In this document: positions 29,405 to 38,563 of the stretch, piece after piece
Position numbering within the stretch: position 1 is the first letter of the stretch
How the letters are laid out: every line of letters begins with the position of its first letter
Assembly (NCBI GenBank): GCA_963667725.2
Contig: CAXXHO010000005.1
Span: 288,001 to 352,000, forward strand
Source of the DNA: Treponemataceae bacterium
Lineage (GTDB): Bacteria; Spirochaetota; Spirochaetia; Treponematales; Rectinemataceae
DNA: 64,000 nt
Direction: 5' to 3'
Program-made: the position numbers and the translations under genes
Notes under the pieces: generated by a model
Seen by the model: the letters and a program-made list of their open reading frames with translations, nothing else
Databases searched by the model: none
Told to the model about the DNA's origin: nothing

Positions 29405-31870
29405 ATGTGTGGAATAGTGTCTTTGATCTATAAGACAGAAAATCCGGACATGGGCAGGGAAGCGGAAGCCCTCCTGAGACGCCTCGAATACAGGGGCTAC
29501 GATTCGACGGGCGCTTCCTTCATAGACGACAAGCGCGAGATTGTCCTGCTCAAGAAAACGGGCACCCCTTCCAAGGTCTGCCCGGCCCTCTCCATAGGCA
29601 AGCATTCCGGACAGCGTTTCATCGGGCAGGTTCGATGGGCCACCTATGGGGCCGTGACCGACGTCAACAGCCAGCCCCATCATGTCCGATGCAAGATCGA
29701 GATGGTGGGCGCGCATAACGGCAACATATCCAATACCGACTCGCTCAAGGCATGGCTTTCCTCCCGCGGCCATGCCGTCATTTCTGACAACGACGGCGAG
29801 ATCATCGTCCACCTCGTGGAAGAACATTACGCATCCAATCAAAGGCTCTCGAGCGCCGACCTGGCCGGCATGCGCCAAGCCTACGCGGCCTCGGGACTGC
29901 GCGACGGCGTCCCCGACGGCGTCCTTCGCATGATCGACGCCATCAGAAAGACCGAGGCTCTCGCGGAAGGCTCCTATGCCGCCGCGGTGGCCGACCCCAA
30001 ACTCCCGGGCGTATTCGCCATCAAATCGGGATCCTCGCTCTACGCGGGCGTCGGCAGCGACGCCCGCGGCAACTTCATCGTTGTCTCATCGGACCTCACT
30101 TCGGTGCTGTCCAAGACGCGAGCCCTCATTCCCCTGTCCGAGGGAGAGGGGCTTTGGTTTACCGAAAACAGCTATCTGCTTTTTAATCTCAGGGGAGCGC
30201 CAGCCTTCTCCAGACCAAAGCTCAGGCGCTCGAAACTTTCGGTCAGGGACACCCAGCTCAATCCCCGCTTCAAGCATTATATGGAACAGGAAATAATGGG
30301 AAGCTCGGCCAACATGGACCAGATTCTCCGTTACTATTTCAGGAATCCCAAGGAAGAGACGCTCGGCGCCCTTTTCGAGGAAAGAAAGGACGAGTGCAAG
30401 GAATCGGCCGACGCGCTCGCTGGCCTGTCGGAAAAATTCGGCGACGAACTGCTCAGGAACGAGATGGAAGAGATATTTACATCGCCATCCTGGGCAGACG
30501 TGAGCGCGCGCGTCGCGGCCGCCGGAAAGTTCCCCGAGGAAAAGAAGACTTTCGTCTCGGATGAGGCGGAGCTTCTCGACGAGCTGGAGCGATTGAGGCC
30601 GCGACGCGCCGGCGACCTCGCGTTGATGGATTCGGTGTTCGTGTGGCGAAAGCGCCGCGCCGTGCTGCGCTACCTCAGCGAGCTGAAGTCGGCGCTCGCC
30701 GAGACGAACAATTCCGGGGGCAGAATCTATCTCGTTGCCTCGGGAACCTCCTATCACGCCGCCCTCACCGCCGCCTATTTTTTCAACGGAATCGCGCATC
30801 TTCCCATCTATCCCTGCAATCCCGGCATTTTCCGCTCAATGTATTTCTCGTGCCTGCGCGGCGACGACTTCATCCTGGGCATCACGCAGTCAGGGGAGAC
30901 GAAAGACCTGGTCGACATATTCCAGGACGCCAAGGAAAAGCATCCGGGTATCCGGCGCGCCTGTCTTGTCAACAACGAGAACTCGAGAATTCCCCAGGAA
31001 CTCTCCGACTTCTATCTGCCCATTCTCTGCGGGCCGGAAATCGCCGTGGCGGCGACAAAGTCTTTCATCAGTCAGCTGGCCATCCTATACCTCGCGGCGT
31101 CGAGCCTCGTTCTATCCGAAAGGGAAGTGAAGGAAAAGCTTCTCGCGGCGAAAGCGCTGATGGAAGACAGCATGGAAACAACGATAGGCGATATCGAAAC
31201 CGCCGCCGCGCGCCTTTACGCAAAACCTTCGATCCATATCCTCGGAACGAGCCTTATTGGCCTGGCTCGCGAGGGCGCGCTGAAAATACGAGAGGTGGTG
31301 CTCAATCACACAGAAGGCTACGATGCCGCGGAATTCAAGCACGGTCCCAATACCATCCTGGGACGAAATACGCTTTTTTCGCTCTCGGACATGGAACTTA
31401 TGCTGGATGAATACAAGAAGATGGCGATGATCGACGCGTCGATGGCGAAGGGAAGCGCGAAGGAAATCCTCATGAGGAATCCGGCCCTCATCGAAAGACT
31501 TTTCAGCCCCTATCCCCTCGTCTTCGTATGCCCGCCTGATGACCGCGACGCGCGGATCACCATCAGCCAGATCCATACGCATAAAATAAGGGGAGCCGAC
31601 ATCATCCTCATAGCCGAGCGCCGGCAGGATCTCGCCCTCGCCGTCGAGGGCAAGCCGATGGGGAGCGAGGGATACTGGTCCAAATACATCGAGATTCCCC
31701 ACACGGACGATCCATTCATATTCGTGTTCGGCGCGGCCATCGTCCTCCAGTATCTTGCCTACAGGATGTCGGTGCGGAAAATGGAGTGGCTCAACGAATT
31801 GGGTGTCGCCGATCATGGCGTCCATCCCGACGCGCCGAAAAACGTCTCCAAATCCATAACCGTCGACTGA
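29405..31870 (+). CDS. glmS: Glutamine--fructose-6-phosphate transaminase with large insertions
   Basis: MCGI, LEYRGYDS, RWAT, HNG, SGTSYHA, QSGETKD, EIAVAATKSF, EGALKIRE, EFKHGP, PKNVSKSITVD; 821 aa. Confidence 0.88.
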   Translation: MCGIVSLIYKTENPDMGREAEALLRRLEYRGYDSTGASFIDDKREIVLLKKTGTPSKVCPALSIGKHSGQRFIGQVRWATYGAVTDVNSQPHHVRCKIEMVGAHNGNISNTDSLKAWLSSRGHAVISDNDGEIIVHLVEEHYASNQRLSSADLAGMRQAYAASGLRDGVPDGVLRMIDAIRKTEALAEGSYAAAVADPKLPGVFAIKSGSSLYAGVGSDARGNFIVVSSDLTSVLSKTRALIPLSEGEGLWFTENSYLLFNLRGAPAFSRPKLRRSKLSVRDTQLNPRFKHYMEQEIMGSSANMDQILRYYFRNPKEETLGALFEERKDECKESADALAGLSEKFGDELLRNEMEEIFTSPSWADVSARVAAAGKFPEEKKTFVSDEAELLDELERLRPRRAGDLALMDSVFVWRKRRAVLRYLSELKSALAETNNSGGRIYLVASGTSYHAALTAAYFFNGIAHLPIYPCNPGIFRSMYFSCLRGDDFILGITQSGETKDLVDIFQDAKEKHPGIRRACLVNNENSRIPQELSDFYLPILCGPEIAVAATKSFISQLAILYLAASSLVLSEREVKEKLLAAKALMEDSMETTIGDIETAAARLYAKPSIHILGTSLIGLAREGALKIREVVLNHTEGYDAAEFKHGPNTILGRNTLFSLSDMELMLDEYKKMAMIDASMAKGSAKEILMRNPALIERLFSPYPLVFVCPPDDRDARITISQIHTHKIRGADIILIAERRQDLALAVEGKPMGSEGYWSKYIEIPHTDDPFIFVFGAAIVLQYLAYRMSVRKMEWLNELGVADHGVHPDAPKNVSKSITVD

Positions 31871-31896
31871 ACGCGGCCAAGACCGGCGCCCCCCTT

Positions 31897-32154
31897 TCAG
31901 TTTTTCTTGAGGAACTCCCTGGTCTCGCTGTATTCTTCTTTCGTGATTTCACCCCTCGCGAGGCGGCTAGCCAGGATTTCGAGACTGGCGTCGCCTTTAG
32001 GCAGCGATGCGCGACTCAGCTTGACCGCGAAGTAGATGAGGGCGGCAATGAAGATGATACCGACTATCCATGACACGACCGCGATCCATGGAAAACCCGC
32101 GGCGCCCGAAAATCCAGCTCCCTGTGAAAACCCATATCCGTAATATCCACGCAT
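31897..32154 (-). CDS. Small membrane protein with SHOCT domain
   Basis: Gly/aromatic N-terminus, one TM helix, SLEILASRLARGEITKEEY; GGAGG SD. Confidence 0.85.
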   Translation of the reverse strand: MRGYYGYGFSQGAGFSGAAGFPWIAVVSWIVGIIFIAALIYFAVKLSRASLPKGDASLEILASRLARGEITKEEYSETREFLKKN

Positions 32155-32244
32155 TCTATATCCTCCGCGATAGTTGACGGCCGACTTCCCGCCGGATGGC
32201 GAGGAAGGCCCACTGTCTTTGACAGATCATCGCAGCAATAGATA

Positions 32245-32260
32245 TGCATATACCATGCCA
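32245..32260 (-). promoter_or_regulatory. Sigma54 (-24/-12) promoter
   Basis: Minus strand reads TGGCATGGTATATGCA, which is GG-N10-GC, upstream of the SHOCT gene. Confidence 0.72.
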
Positions 32261-32368
32261 AAAGAAATAAATTGAATATAATTCTTTTATAGATATGAAG
32301 TTGTCACGTAATGACTGATGGCGGGCAAGGGATAATGACAGCCCAACCGCCTATAAAATGGGGTTGAA

Positions 32369-32385
32369 TGGGTATTATTTTCCCG
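32369..32385. promoter_or_regulatory. Candidate enhancer-binding-protein site
   Basis: (GAA)TGGGTATTATTTTCCCG, matching 6681-6697. Confidence 0.55.
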
Positions 32386-32421
32386 CCGCCGCGCAGAATG
32401 CGCGAAGGATTGAGCCTTGCC

Positions 32422-33234
32422 TTACTCGCTTAAATACAGCGCCGCGCCGAGCGCGGTCGCGTACTGGGCGAGTTCGGGAACGATGAAGCGGATGCCGTAG
32501 ATGGGGTAGAGCTTTTCCAGCACGGTAACCGCCGCCGGAATCTGCATCGTGTTGCCCACGACGACGATTGTAGAGTCGCGCTCGGCGCGGGAAGCGAAAA
32601 GCGCAAGCATGCCCACGGTCTGAAACACCATGTTGACGATGCCCGCCGCGAAATCCTCGGCGCTTGGACGATCAGCCATCTTGCCGAAATTGGACGCGGT
32701 GGCTTCGCGTGGCAGCGTACCCACTTCCCTGGAAGATATATCGCCGACAGTCAGATCGACGCCCTTCACGTCGCCCCGCGAGGCCGCGAGGGCAAGGGTG
32801 TCAAAATCCGTGATCCCGGCCAGGGCCTTGCCGAGCCCCAGGATCGTCCCGCCGCCGATGCCCGAGCCGCCCACATGGCGCGCCTGCCTGCCTTCGGCGT
32901 GGACGATGGCCGTTCCCGTTCCCACGGAGACGACCAGGGCCCGCTCGGCGCCGGAAAGCTCCAGTCCGCCAAGGCCCACGGCCTGGAATTCCTCCACATG
33001 CTCGACCTTTATGCCGAGAACGTCCTCCCCGATGGCGGAGGAGCCGACGCCGGTTACCGCGAGCCTCGTGATGTCGCCCATCTTCTTGCCGGCTACGGAG
33101 AGGAACTTCCCGATGGCCCCCGCGGCCGAAGTGACGGGATCGCTCGCCTTGACCGTGGCGCAGATTCTTTCCTTATTGGGTCCGAGGCCGACGATCTTGG
33201 TCGTGGTGCCGCCGATATCTATGCCGACTATCAT
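32422..33234 (-). CDS. Type II (CoaW-like) pantothenate kinase
   Basis: GIDIGGTTTK, TGVGS, EFQAVGLG, SVGTGT, GGSGIGGGT, DLTVGDI, ASNFGK. Confidence 0.8.
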   Translation of the reverse strand: MIVGIDIGGTTTKIVGLGPNKERICATVKASDPVTSAAGAIGKFLSVAGKKMGDITRLAVTGVGSSAIGEDVLGIKVEHVEEFQAVGLGGLELSGAERALVVSVGTGTAIVHAEGRQARHVGGSGIGGGTILGLGKALAGITDFDTLALAASRGDVKGVDLTVGDISSREVGTLPREATASNFGKMADRPSAEDFAAGIVNMVFQTVGMLALFASRAERDSTIVVVGNTMQIPAAVTVLEKLYPIYGIRFIVPELAQYATALGAALYLSE

Positions 33235-34097
33235 TATTTCCTCGCTTCCAGGTGTCTGCCCGCGCCGTAAGACGACAGAAAAGCGTCCAACGTCGGCCGC
33301 AGCGACGGATCATTCGCGGCGTTGAACAGGATCGCTTCGAGATATCCGGCCGGATCGCCCGTGTCGAGTCTCGTTCCGGCGACGCGCGCGAAAGCCATCT
33401 TGCCCGCCTCGATCATGCGGTCCAAGGCGTACGTATGATAATACTCGCCCTTCACATGTTTCGCCCAACCTTCCTCGAGCTTGTCGAAAAACTCCGGAGT
33501 ATACAGATAGCGGCCGATGGACACTTCGTGGCTGGGTTCGCTGCCGCGAGCCGGCTTTTCCACGAATCCTTTCACGCCGACGCCATCTTTCTCCGGGTCG
33601 ACGATGCCGTAGCGGGACACGTCGCCGGGTTCGAATATCGTGGCCAGGACGCACTTGCCCGTTTTACGGTATACGTCGATGAGCTGGCGCGCGAGGGGGA
33701 CGTCACCCAGGACCAGATCGTCCGGATAGGCCACCACGCAGGGCTCGCCGCCGATGAGGTTTTTCACCTGCAGCAGCGCGTGCCCCGTGCCCATCATTTC
33801 GGTCTGCCGCACGAAAGAAATGCGCGCCGGCGGCGGGCTTATCAAGGCAAGCTTGTCGGCTTTCCCTTCCCTCGCGAAAAGGCTTTCCAGCTCTATTTCG
33901 CGATCGAAATAATCCTCGAGGGCTTTTTTTCTCCGCGATGAGATGATGACGATGTCCTCGATGCCCGAGGCGATGAATTCTTCGACGATGTAGGCGATGC
34001 TCGGCTTGACGCCGACAGGCAGGAGTTCCTTGGGAACGGTCTTGGTGACCGGAAGAAAGCGAGTGCCGTAACCGGCGGCGACAATGATCCCTTTCAT
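33234..34097 (-). CDS. galU: UTP--glucose-1-phosphate uridylyltransferase
   Basis: AAGYGTRFLPVTKTVPKELLP, RQTEMMGTGHA, YGIV, VEKP, DTG. Confidence 0.92.
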   Translation of the reverse strand: MKGIIVAAGYGTRFLPVTKTVPKELLPVGVKPSIAYIVEEFIASGIEDIVIISSRRKKALEDYFDREIELESLFAREGKADKLALISPPPARISFVRQTEMMGTGHALLQVKNLIGGEPCVVAYPDDLVLGDVPLARQLIDVYRKTGKCVLATIFEPGDVSRYGIVDPEKDGVGVKGFVEKPARGSEPSHEVSIGRYLYTPEFFDKLEEGWAKHVKGEYYHTYALDRMIEAGKMAFARVAGTRLDTGDPAGYLEAILFNAANDPSLRPTLDAFLSSYGAGRHLEARK

Positions 34098-34161
34098 GGC
34101 GTCGATTCTAGCGTCCCGGCCGCTAATAGGCAAGGCGGAGCGAAAGCCCCGGCAGCCGCGC

Positions 34162-35901
34162 TCAGCCGACGCGCCAACCGCCCTTCCCTTGATTTTTCGC
34201 CTTGTAGAGCCCCCGGTCGGCCATCTGCAGGGTCGCTGTCAGCTCCTCGAAGCTGGGCTCGCCGCCGCAGCAGAATGCCACCCCGGCCGAAACGGTGTAG
34301 CCGACAACCCTCGGCGCCCCATTTACCGCCGACGCGTCCTGTACTACGGCGACACCTGACTGCCTGCAATCCGAAACGAGGTGATCGGCGATCGTGGTGG
34401 CTACCTCGAGAGGGCAGCCGCGCAGGACAAGGAGAAACTCGTCGCCTCCGGTTCTCACCACGCAATCGTCGGCGCGGATGTTCCTCTGGGCTACCCTGAC
34501 CAGATCGACGAGAATAGCGTCGCCCGTCGCGTGGCCGAAGCTGTCGTTGACGGATTTGAAGTTGTCGATATCGAAGGCCAATACGGAAAAGGGCTTCTTG
34601 AGATCGTCGGCGAGAACCGGCAGTATTTTTCGGTTGTAGCATCCCGTGAGCTCGTCGTGGAGCGCTTCCTCACGGAACGTGGCCGCCCTGCGCCGTTCAA
34701 CGATGAGCGCGCTGTAGTGACCCAGGGCATCGTAGACCACGAAGACGCAGGAAGCCAAAGCGAGCACGGTGAAGCCGTAATGGGAGACCATGATGGCCCC
34801 TGGATCGTCTACAAGGACGAGAAGGATGATGTCGCGGGTCGCGCTGAGGAAGGCCACGACGACGCCGAAAACGATGATCCGCAGGGAACCCGCCTTTCGG
34901 CCCTGGCCGGCCACGATCACCAGGAGATAGGTATGCAGCGGCAGAAAGGCGAGATAGGTATAGCCGTAGAGGCGCTTAATGGCGACGATGTCGCCTGGGT
35001 AGACGAGGACCAGGGCGAAGCAGGCCAGCTGCATGGCGGTGAAGACGACGGCGAAAATATCCGGCTTTCTGTCCAGTAGCTTCAGGTAGGCTATGACGAA
35101 AAGCGCGGCGCTCAGATGGCGCAGCGATACGACGATTTTCTTGAAGGCCACGAGCGAGATCGGGAGACGCTCCAGATAGACGAAATCGGCGAGAAAAACG
35201 GCGACGGCGATGCCGGCGATGCCCAGAAGGATGTTGGACAGTCTGCTCAGGTCGTTGAAAATTCCCATGTTCAGGACGATGATCGAAAACGCCAGGATCG
35301 CGCCCATGGAAAGCCAGATCGCGCTGTTGGAGAAGAGCATTAAGAGGAAGAGCCGCGGCGCGTGGCGGTTCGCGTCGATCAGATAGGGCAGTACGGTGAT
35401 TCCCGCCTCATAGGTGCCCGCTATGCTGGCCTCGACGGTATTTTCGGTAGAAAGCAGGCCCGCGGGAACGGGGAAAACATGGACGGCGTTCCATATGCTG
35501 GATCGCCCAGCCATTGGATCTCCGCGTACGCCTAAAGGCAGGCCGTTGAGGGTTACCGCCAGCGAGCTTCCCGCCATCTGCGGAAACACGATAGCCCAGT
35601 TCTCGCCGCCCGCGATCGCGCCGGGAACGAGAAGCTTCATATGAAATGCATAGCCGCCGGATTGGAAGGAGGTGTCGCCTGTACAGGAAATGAGGATAGG
35701 CATCGCTTTTGTCCCGAGAGAGACTCCATCCCTCCCGATCGCCGCCGAGGGTTCCACGAGCAGCGCGTCGCGCGGCGCCTTGTATGCTGACAGAAAGATC
35801 TGGAGCGCGAAAACGACTAAAAACGCCGCGGCGATGTAAGCCGCGCTTCTCATGTTCGCTCGAGGGGAAGGTTTAGGCATGCCAGCTTCCTTTTCCTTCA
35901 T
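34162..35901 (-). CDS. Membrane diguanylate cyclase (extracytoplasmic beta domain + 7TM + GGDEF)
   Basis: Multiple TMs; HDELTGCYNR, DIDNFKSVND.FGHATGD, RADD I-site, GGDEF. Confidence 0.88.
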   Translation of the reverse strand: MKEKEAGMPKPSPRANMRSAAYIAAAFLVVFALQIFLSAYKAPRDALLVEPSAAIGRDGVSLGTKAMPILISCTGDTSFQSGGYAFHMKLLVPGAIAGGENWAIVFPQMAGSSLAVTLNGLPLGVRGDPMAGRSSIWNAVHVFPVPAGLLSTENTVEASIAGTYEAGITVLPYLIDANRHAPRLFLLMLFSNSAIWLSMGAILAFSIIVLNMGIFNDLSRLSNILLGIAGIAVAVFLADFVYLERLPISLVAFKKIVVSLRHLSAALFVIAYLKLLDRKPDIFAVVFTAMQLACFALVLVYPGDIVAIKRLYGYTYLAFLPLHTYLLVIVAGQGRKAGSLRIIVFGVVVAFLSATRDIILLVLVDDPGAIMVSHYGFTVLALASCVFVVYDALGHYSALIVERRRAATFREEALHDELTGCYNRKILPVLADDLKKPFSVLAFDIDNFKSVNDSFGHATGDAILVDLVRVAQRNIRADDCVVRTGGDEFLLVLRGCPLEVATTIADHLVSDCRQSGVAVVQDASAVNGAPRVVGYTVSAGVAFCCGGEPSFEELTATLQMADRGLYKAKNQGKGGWRVG

Positions 35902-37901
35902 CGAAAAAGCGATCCCTCCGGAAAATTCCTCGCGACCAGATCCTTCAAGCCCAGCTTTTCGAGGGTTTCCGCCGTCGGCACTCCCGTTTTCCCATCCCAG
36001 CCCATCGCCGCCCAGTGCAGACCGACCTTTTCGGCCAGGGGCAGAGACCTGCCTTTCAAGGGGCCGTTGGAAAGAGGAGGCGCGCCCCGCATGCGTTCGG
36101 GGATGAAATAGTCGCGCGGATGGATTCCCTGCTTGAGGTTGAAGAGCTGGCGCAGGGTCTGCGCTCGCCTGCCCATTTCCATATACTCGTCGGGCGACAG
36201 TTCCATGCCCGTCGCCGCGTTGAAAAAGGCGAAAAGATCCCAGTGCTGGACGCCTGTTATCATGGCGAAAAGACAGCCGCCCGCCATATCGGCCACTTGC
36301 TTGTAGAGCGTGCCGGCCACTCCCTTCATCGCTTCTTCCTCGTTGGCGACGTACTCGCGCGACTTCAGGTAGACGAGGGGCACCTTGGGCGCCCAGGACA
36401 CCCTAGTCCAAAGCCGCATAACGTTATAATAGACGCCGGAGGCGATCGTGTGACGTCCCGGCGTGGGGTCGGCCGAGTAGGACACTCCCATCTGCGGATC
36501 GGCCCGCGAATCGTGCATGCCGGGCTCCTGCCCTCCAGCCTGCGCGGCGAAGGTTTCAGAGGAATGCCCCAGCTTCTTCGCGGCCGCGGCGGCTCCGTCG
36601 GCGAAAAGCTCGCCGACGCCCTGGCGCCTCGCCATGAGCTCGAGGAACTCCACGATGGCTTCGCTGCCGCCCCATTTCAGGTCGATGCCGCCCAACGCGG
36701 CTTCGCTCAGGATGCCGCGCTCCCTGCACTCGATGGCGAAGGCCACGGTCGATCCCGCGGAAATCGTGTCGAGGCCGCTCCTGTTGCATATGTCGTTGCA
36801 TTTGAAGATGGACGCGTGGTCGTCGTTGAGGAGGAGGGGGCCGAAAGCGGCGTGCGTCTCGTACTCAGGTTTGTGCATATGCCCGTCGCCGGCGATGATG
36901 CCGCTCACGTCGCAGATGCCGCCGCAGCCGATGACGCAGGAATAGCAGTGGTATTTCTTCGTTTCGAGGTCCGTGACCTTCTGGGCGTTGAGCTTTTCGT
37001 ACCGCGCCTTCGGGAACTCGGCCGGACCGTCTTTCCAGTTGCCCACCGGCGTATCGCCGTTCACCACGCCGCCTGTGTTGTTGTAGATCGTGCCCCAGCG
37101 CTTGAAAAACGCCGCGCTCAGGATGCCGTCCATGCGGAAGACGAGGGGCAGTCCCATCATTTTTCCCACGAAGGCCAGGTGCTTGCCCTTCACGAAGGCC
37201 GGGATATTGGTCTTCTTCACCGATTCGGTGAATCGCTTGGAGAGCTCCGTCACTTTCTGCGGATTGGCGCAGGATATTATGGCGTTTCCGGACAGAACGA
37301 TGGCCTTGAGGCGCTTCGAACCCATGACGGCGCCGACGCCCGAGCGCGCGGCGTAGCGGCCTCCGTCGTTGGAGATGCCGGAGATGAGCGACAGGTTTTC
37401 GGCGGCGTAGCCTATGGCGGCCATCGCTGGTTTTTTTCCCTTACACGAGGCGAAAATCGCTTCCTCTGTCTCGACGGCGTCTTTGCCCCAGAGTTCCCCG
37501 GCCGGTTCCAGCCGGGGGCCCGCGTCGTCGCAGAAAAAAACGACGGGCTGGGCCGAGATTCCCTTGAAGAAGATGCCGTCGTAGCCGCAGCGTTTTATCG
37601 CCGGGGACAGGGTGCCGCCGCAGTTGGCGTCTCCCCAGCCGCCGGTGAGGGGCGACTTGCAGGCCACCATCCAGCGGCCTGTCATGACCGACCCGGTCCC
37701 GGTCAGGGCCCCCGACATGAAGGCGAGCAGATTTTCGGGACCGAGCGGGTCAGCGCCGGCGGGAATTTCGTCTATGAGAATTCGCGCCGCGAGGCCGATC
37801 CCGCCGGCGCACTCGCGGTACATTTCTTCTGGCGGTGTCCGCGTCTCGAAGGCGCCGTTCCCCAAATCGACGAAGAGCAGCTTGCCCATGCAGCCTTTCA
37901 T
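35898..37901 (-). CDS. Aldehyde ferredoxin oxidoreductase family (W/Mo-pterin)
   Basis: DPLGPEN, KSPLTG, ARSGVGAVMGSKRLKAI, CYSCVIGC, PEYET, GLDTISAG. Confidence 0.9.
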   Translation of the reverse strand: MKGCMGKLLFVDLGNGAFETRTPPEEMYRECAGGIGLAARILIDEIPAGADPLGPENLLAFMSGALTGTGSVMTGRWMVACKSPLTGGWGDANCGGTLSPAIKRCGYDGIFFKGISAQPVVFFCDDAGPRLEPAGELWGKDAVETEEAIFASCKGKKPAMAAIGYAAENLSLISGISNDGGRYAARSGVGAVMGSKRLKAIVLSGNAIISCANPQKVTELSKRFTESVKKTNIPAFVKGKHLAFVGKMMGLPLVFRMDGILSAAFFKRWGTIYNNTGGVVNGDTPVGNWKDGPAEFPKARYEKLNAQKVTDLETKKYHCYSCVIGCGGICDVSGIIAGDGHMHKPEYETHAAFGPLLLNDDHASIFKCNDICNRSGLDTISAGSTVAFAIECRERGILSEAALGGIDLKWGGSEAIVEFLELMARRQGVGELFADGAAAAAKKLGHSSETFAAQAGGQEPGMHDSRADPQMGVSYSADPTPGRHTIASGVYYNVMRLWTRVSWAPKVPLVYLKSREYVANEEEAMKGVAGTLYKQVADMAGGCLFAMITGVQHWDLFAFFNAATGMELSPDEYMEMGRRAQTLRQLFNLKQGIHPRDYFIPERMRGAPPLSNGPLKGRSLPLAEKVGLHWAAMGWDGKTGVPTAETLEKLGLKDLVARNFPEGSLFR

Positions 37902-37919
37902 GATTGCCTCCAGGCGCGT

Positions 37920-38258
37920 TCAGCGCGCAAGGAAATCTTCGCGGGGAGGCGAAAAAACGTCGAGGAGCCGCCCCTTGGCGAGACATTTGGTTCCATGCAG
38001 CGCGCCGCCGGGAACGAGGACGCAGTCTCCTTGCTCCAGCCTGTAGGTCGCCGCGCCCACGAAATAATCGAAGCTTCCGTCGAGACAATAGGATATCTGC
38101 TCATGAGGATGCTGATGCTCGGCTCCCGCGGCCCCTGTTTCGAAAAGCACTTCGACGACCATCGACTTCTCGCCGTAGGCCCTCACCTTGCGTGACAGAA
38201 GGCCGGGTTCGAGAATTTCCAGCTTGGCCCCTATATCCGGGAAAAACGTTCCTTCCAT
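37920..38258 (-). CDS. Cupin domain protein (KdgF-like)
   Basis: HQHPHEQISY...VPGGALHG...LLDVFSPPREDFL. Confidence 0.88.
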   Translation of the reverse strand: MEGTFFPDIGAKLEILEPGLLSRKVRAYGEKSMVVEVLFETGAAGAEHQHPHEQISYCLDGSFDYFVGAATYRLEQGDCVLVPGGALHGTKCLAKGRLLDVFSPPREDFLAR

Positions 38259-38365
38259 GAAAATCCTCCGCCCAACGCCGGATTTCACCGACGCCGAATT
38301 CCGTCTTGACTATATCATGAAATTCTGCGACGATACACGAAATCTTCAACAAAGGAGCCGAAGCA

Positions 38366-38416
38366 GTGTTTGTAAACGTAACGTCATCGTACCGAAACGT
38401 ACGCGCAGCTGCTTAA
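38366..38416 (+). CDS. Candidate leader peptide MFVNVTSSYRNVRAAA
   Basis: AAGGAG SD 8 nt before a GTG; 16 codons ending in TAA; stop lies inside a predicted stem upstream of the MFS gene. Confidence 0.55.
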   Translation: MFVNVTSSYRNVRAAA

Positions 38417-38563
38417 GGCTCGAGTACAGAAAGAACACCCCCTTTCTCACATCCTTAAGCATCTCCGCGCCACCAGTCAGCTGCGCTGAAAGCGCAATCG
38501 CCATGCCGGCAGGGCTAATTCCCTCCGGAACGGTACCGCACCACGTGCGGGAGCATTAAAATC

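Noticed and set aside
38366..38416. tmRNA, suggested by a short frame ending in AAA*
   Set aside because: No tRNA-like 5' GGGG or 3' T-arm/CCA domain, and the ORF has its own SD and start codon.
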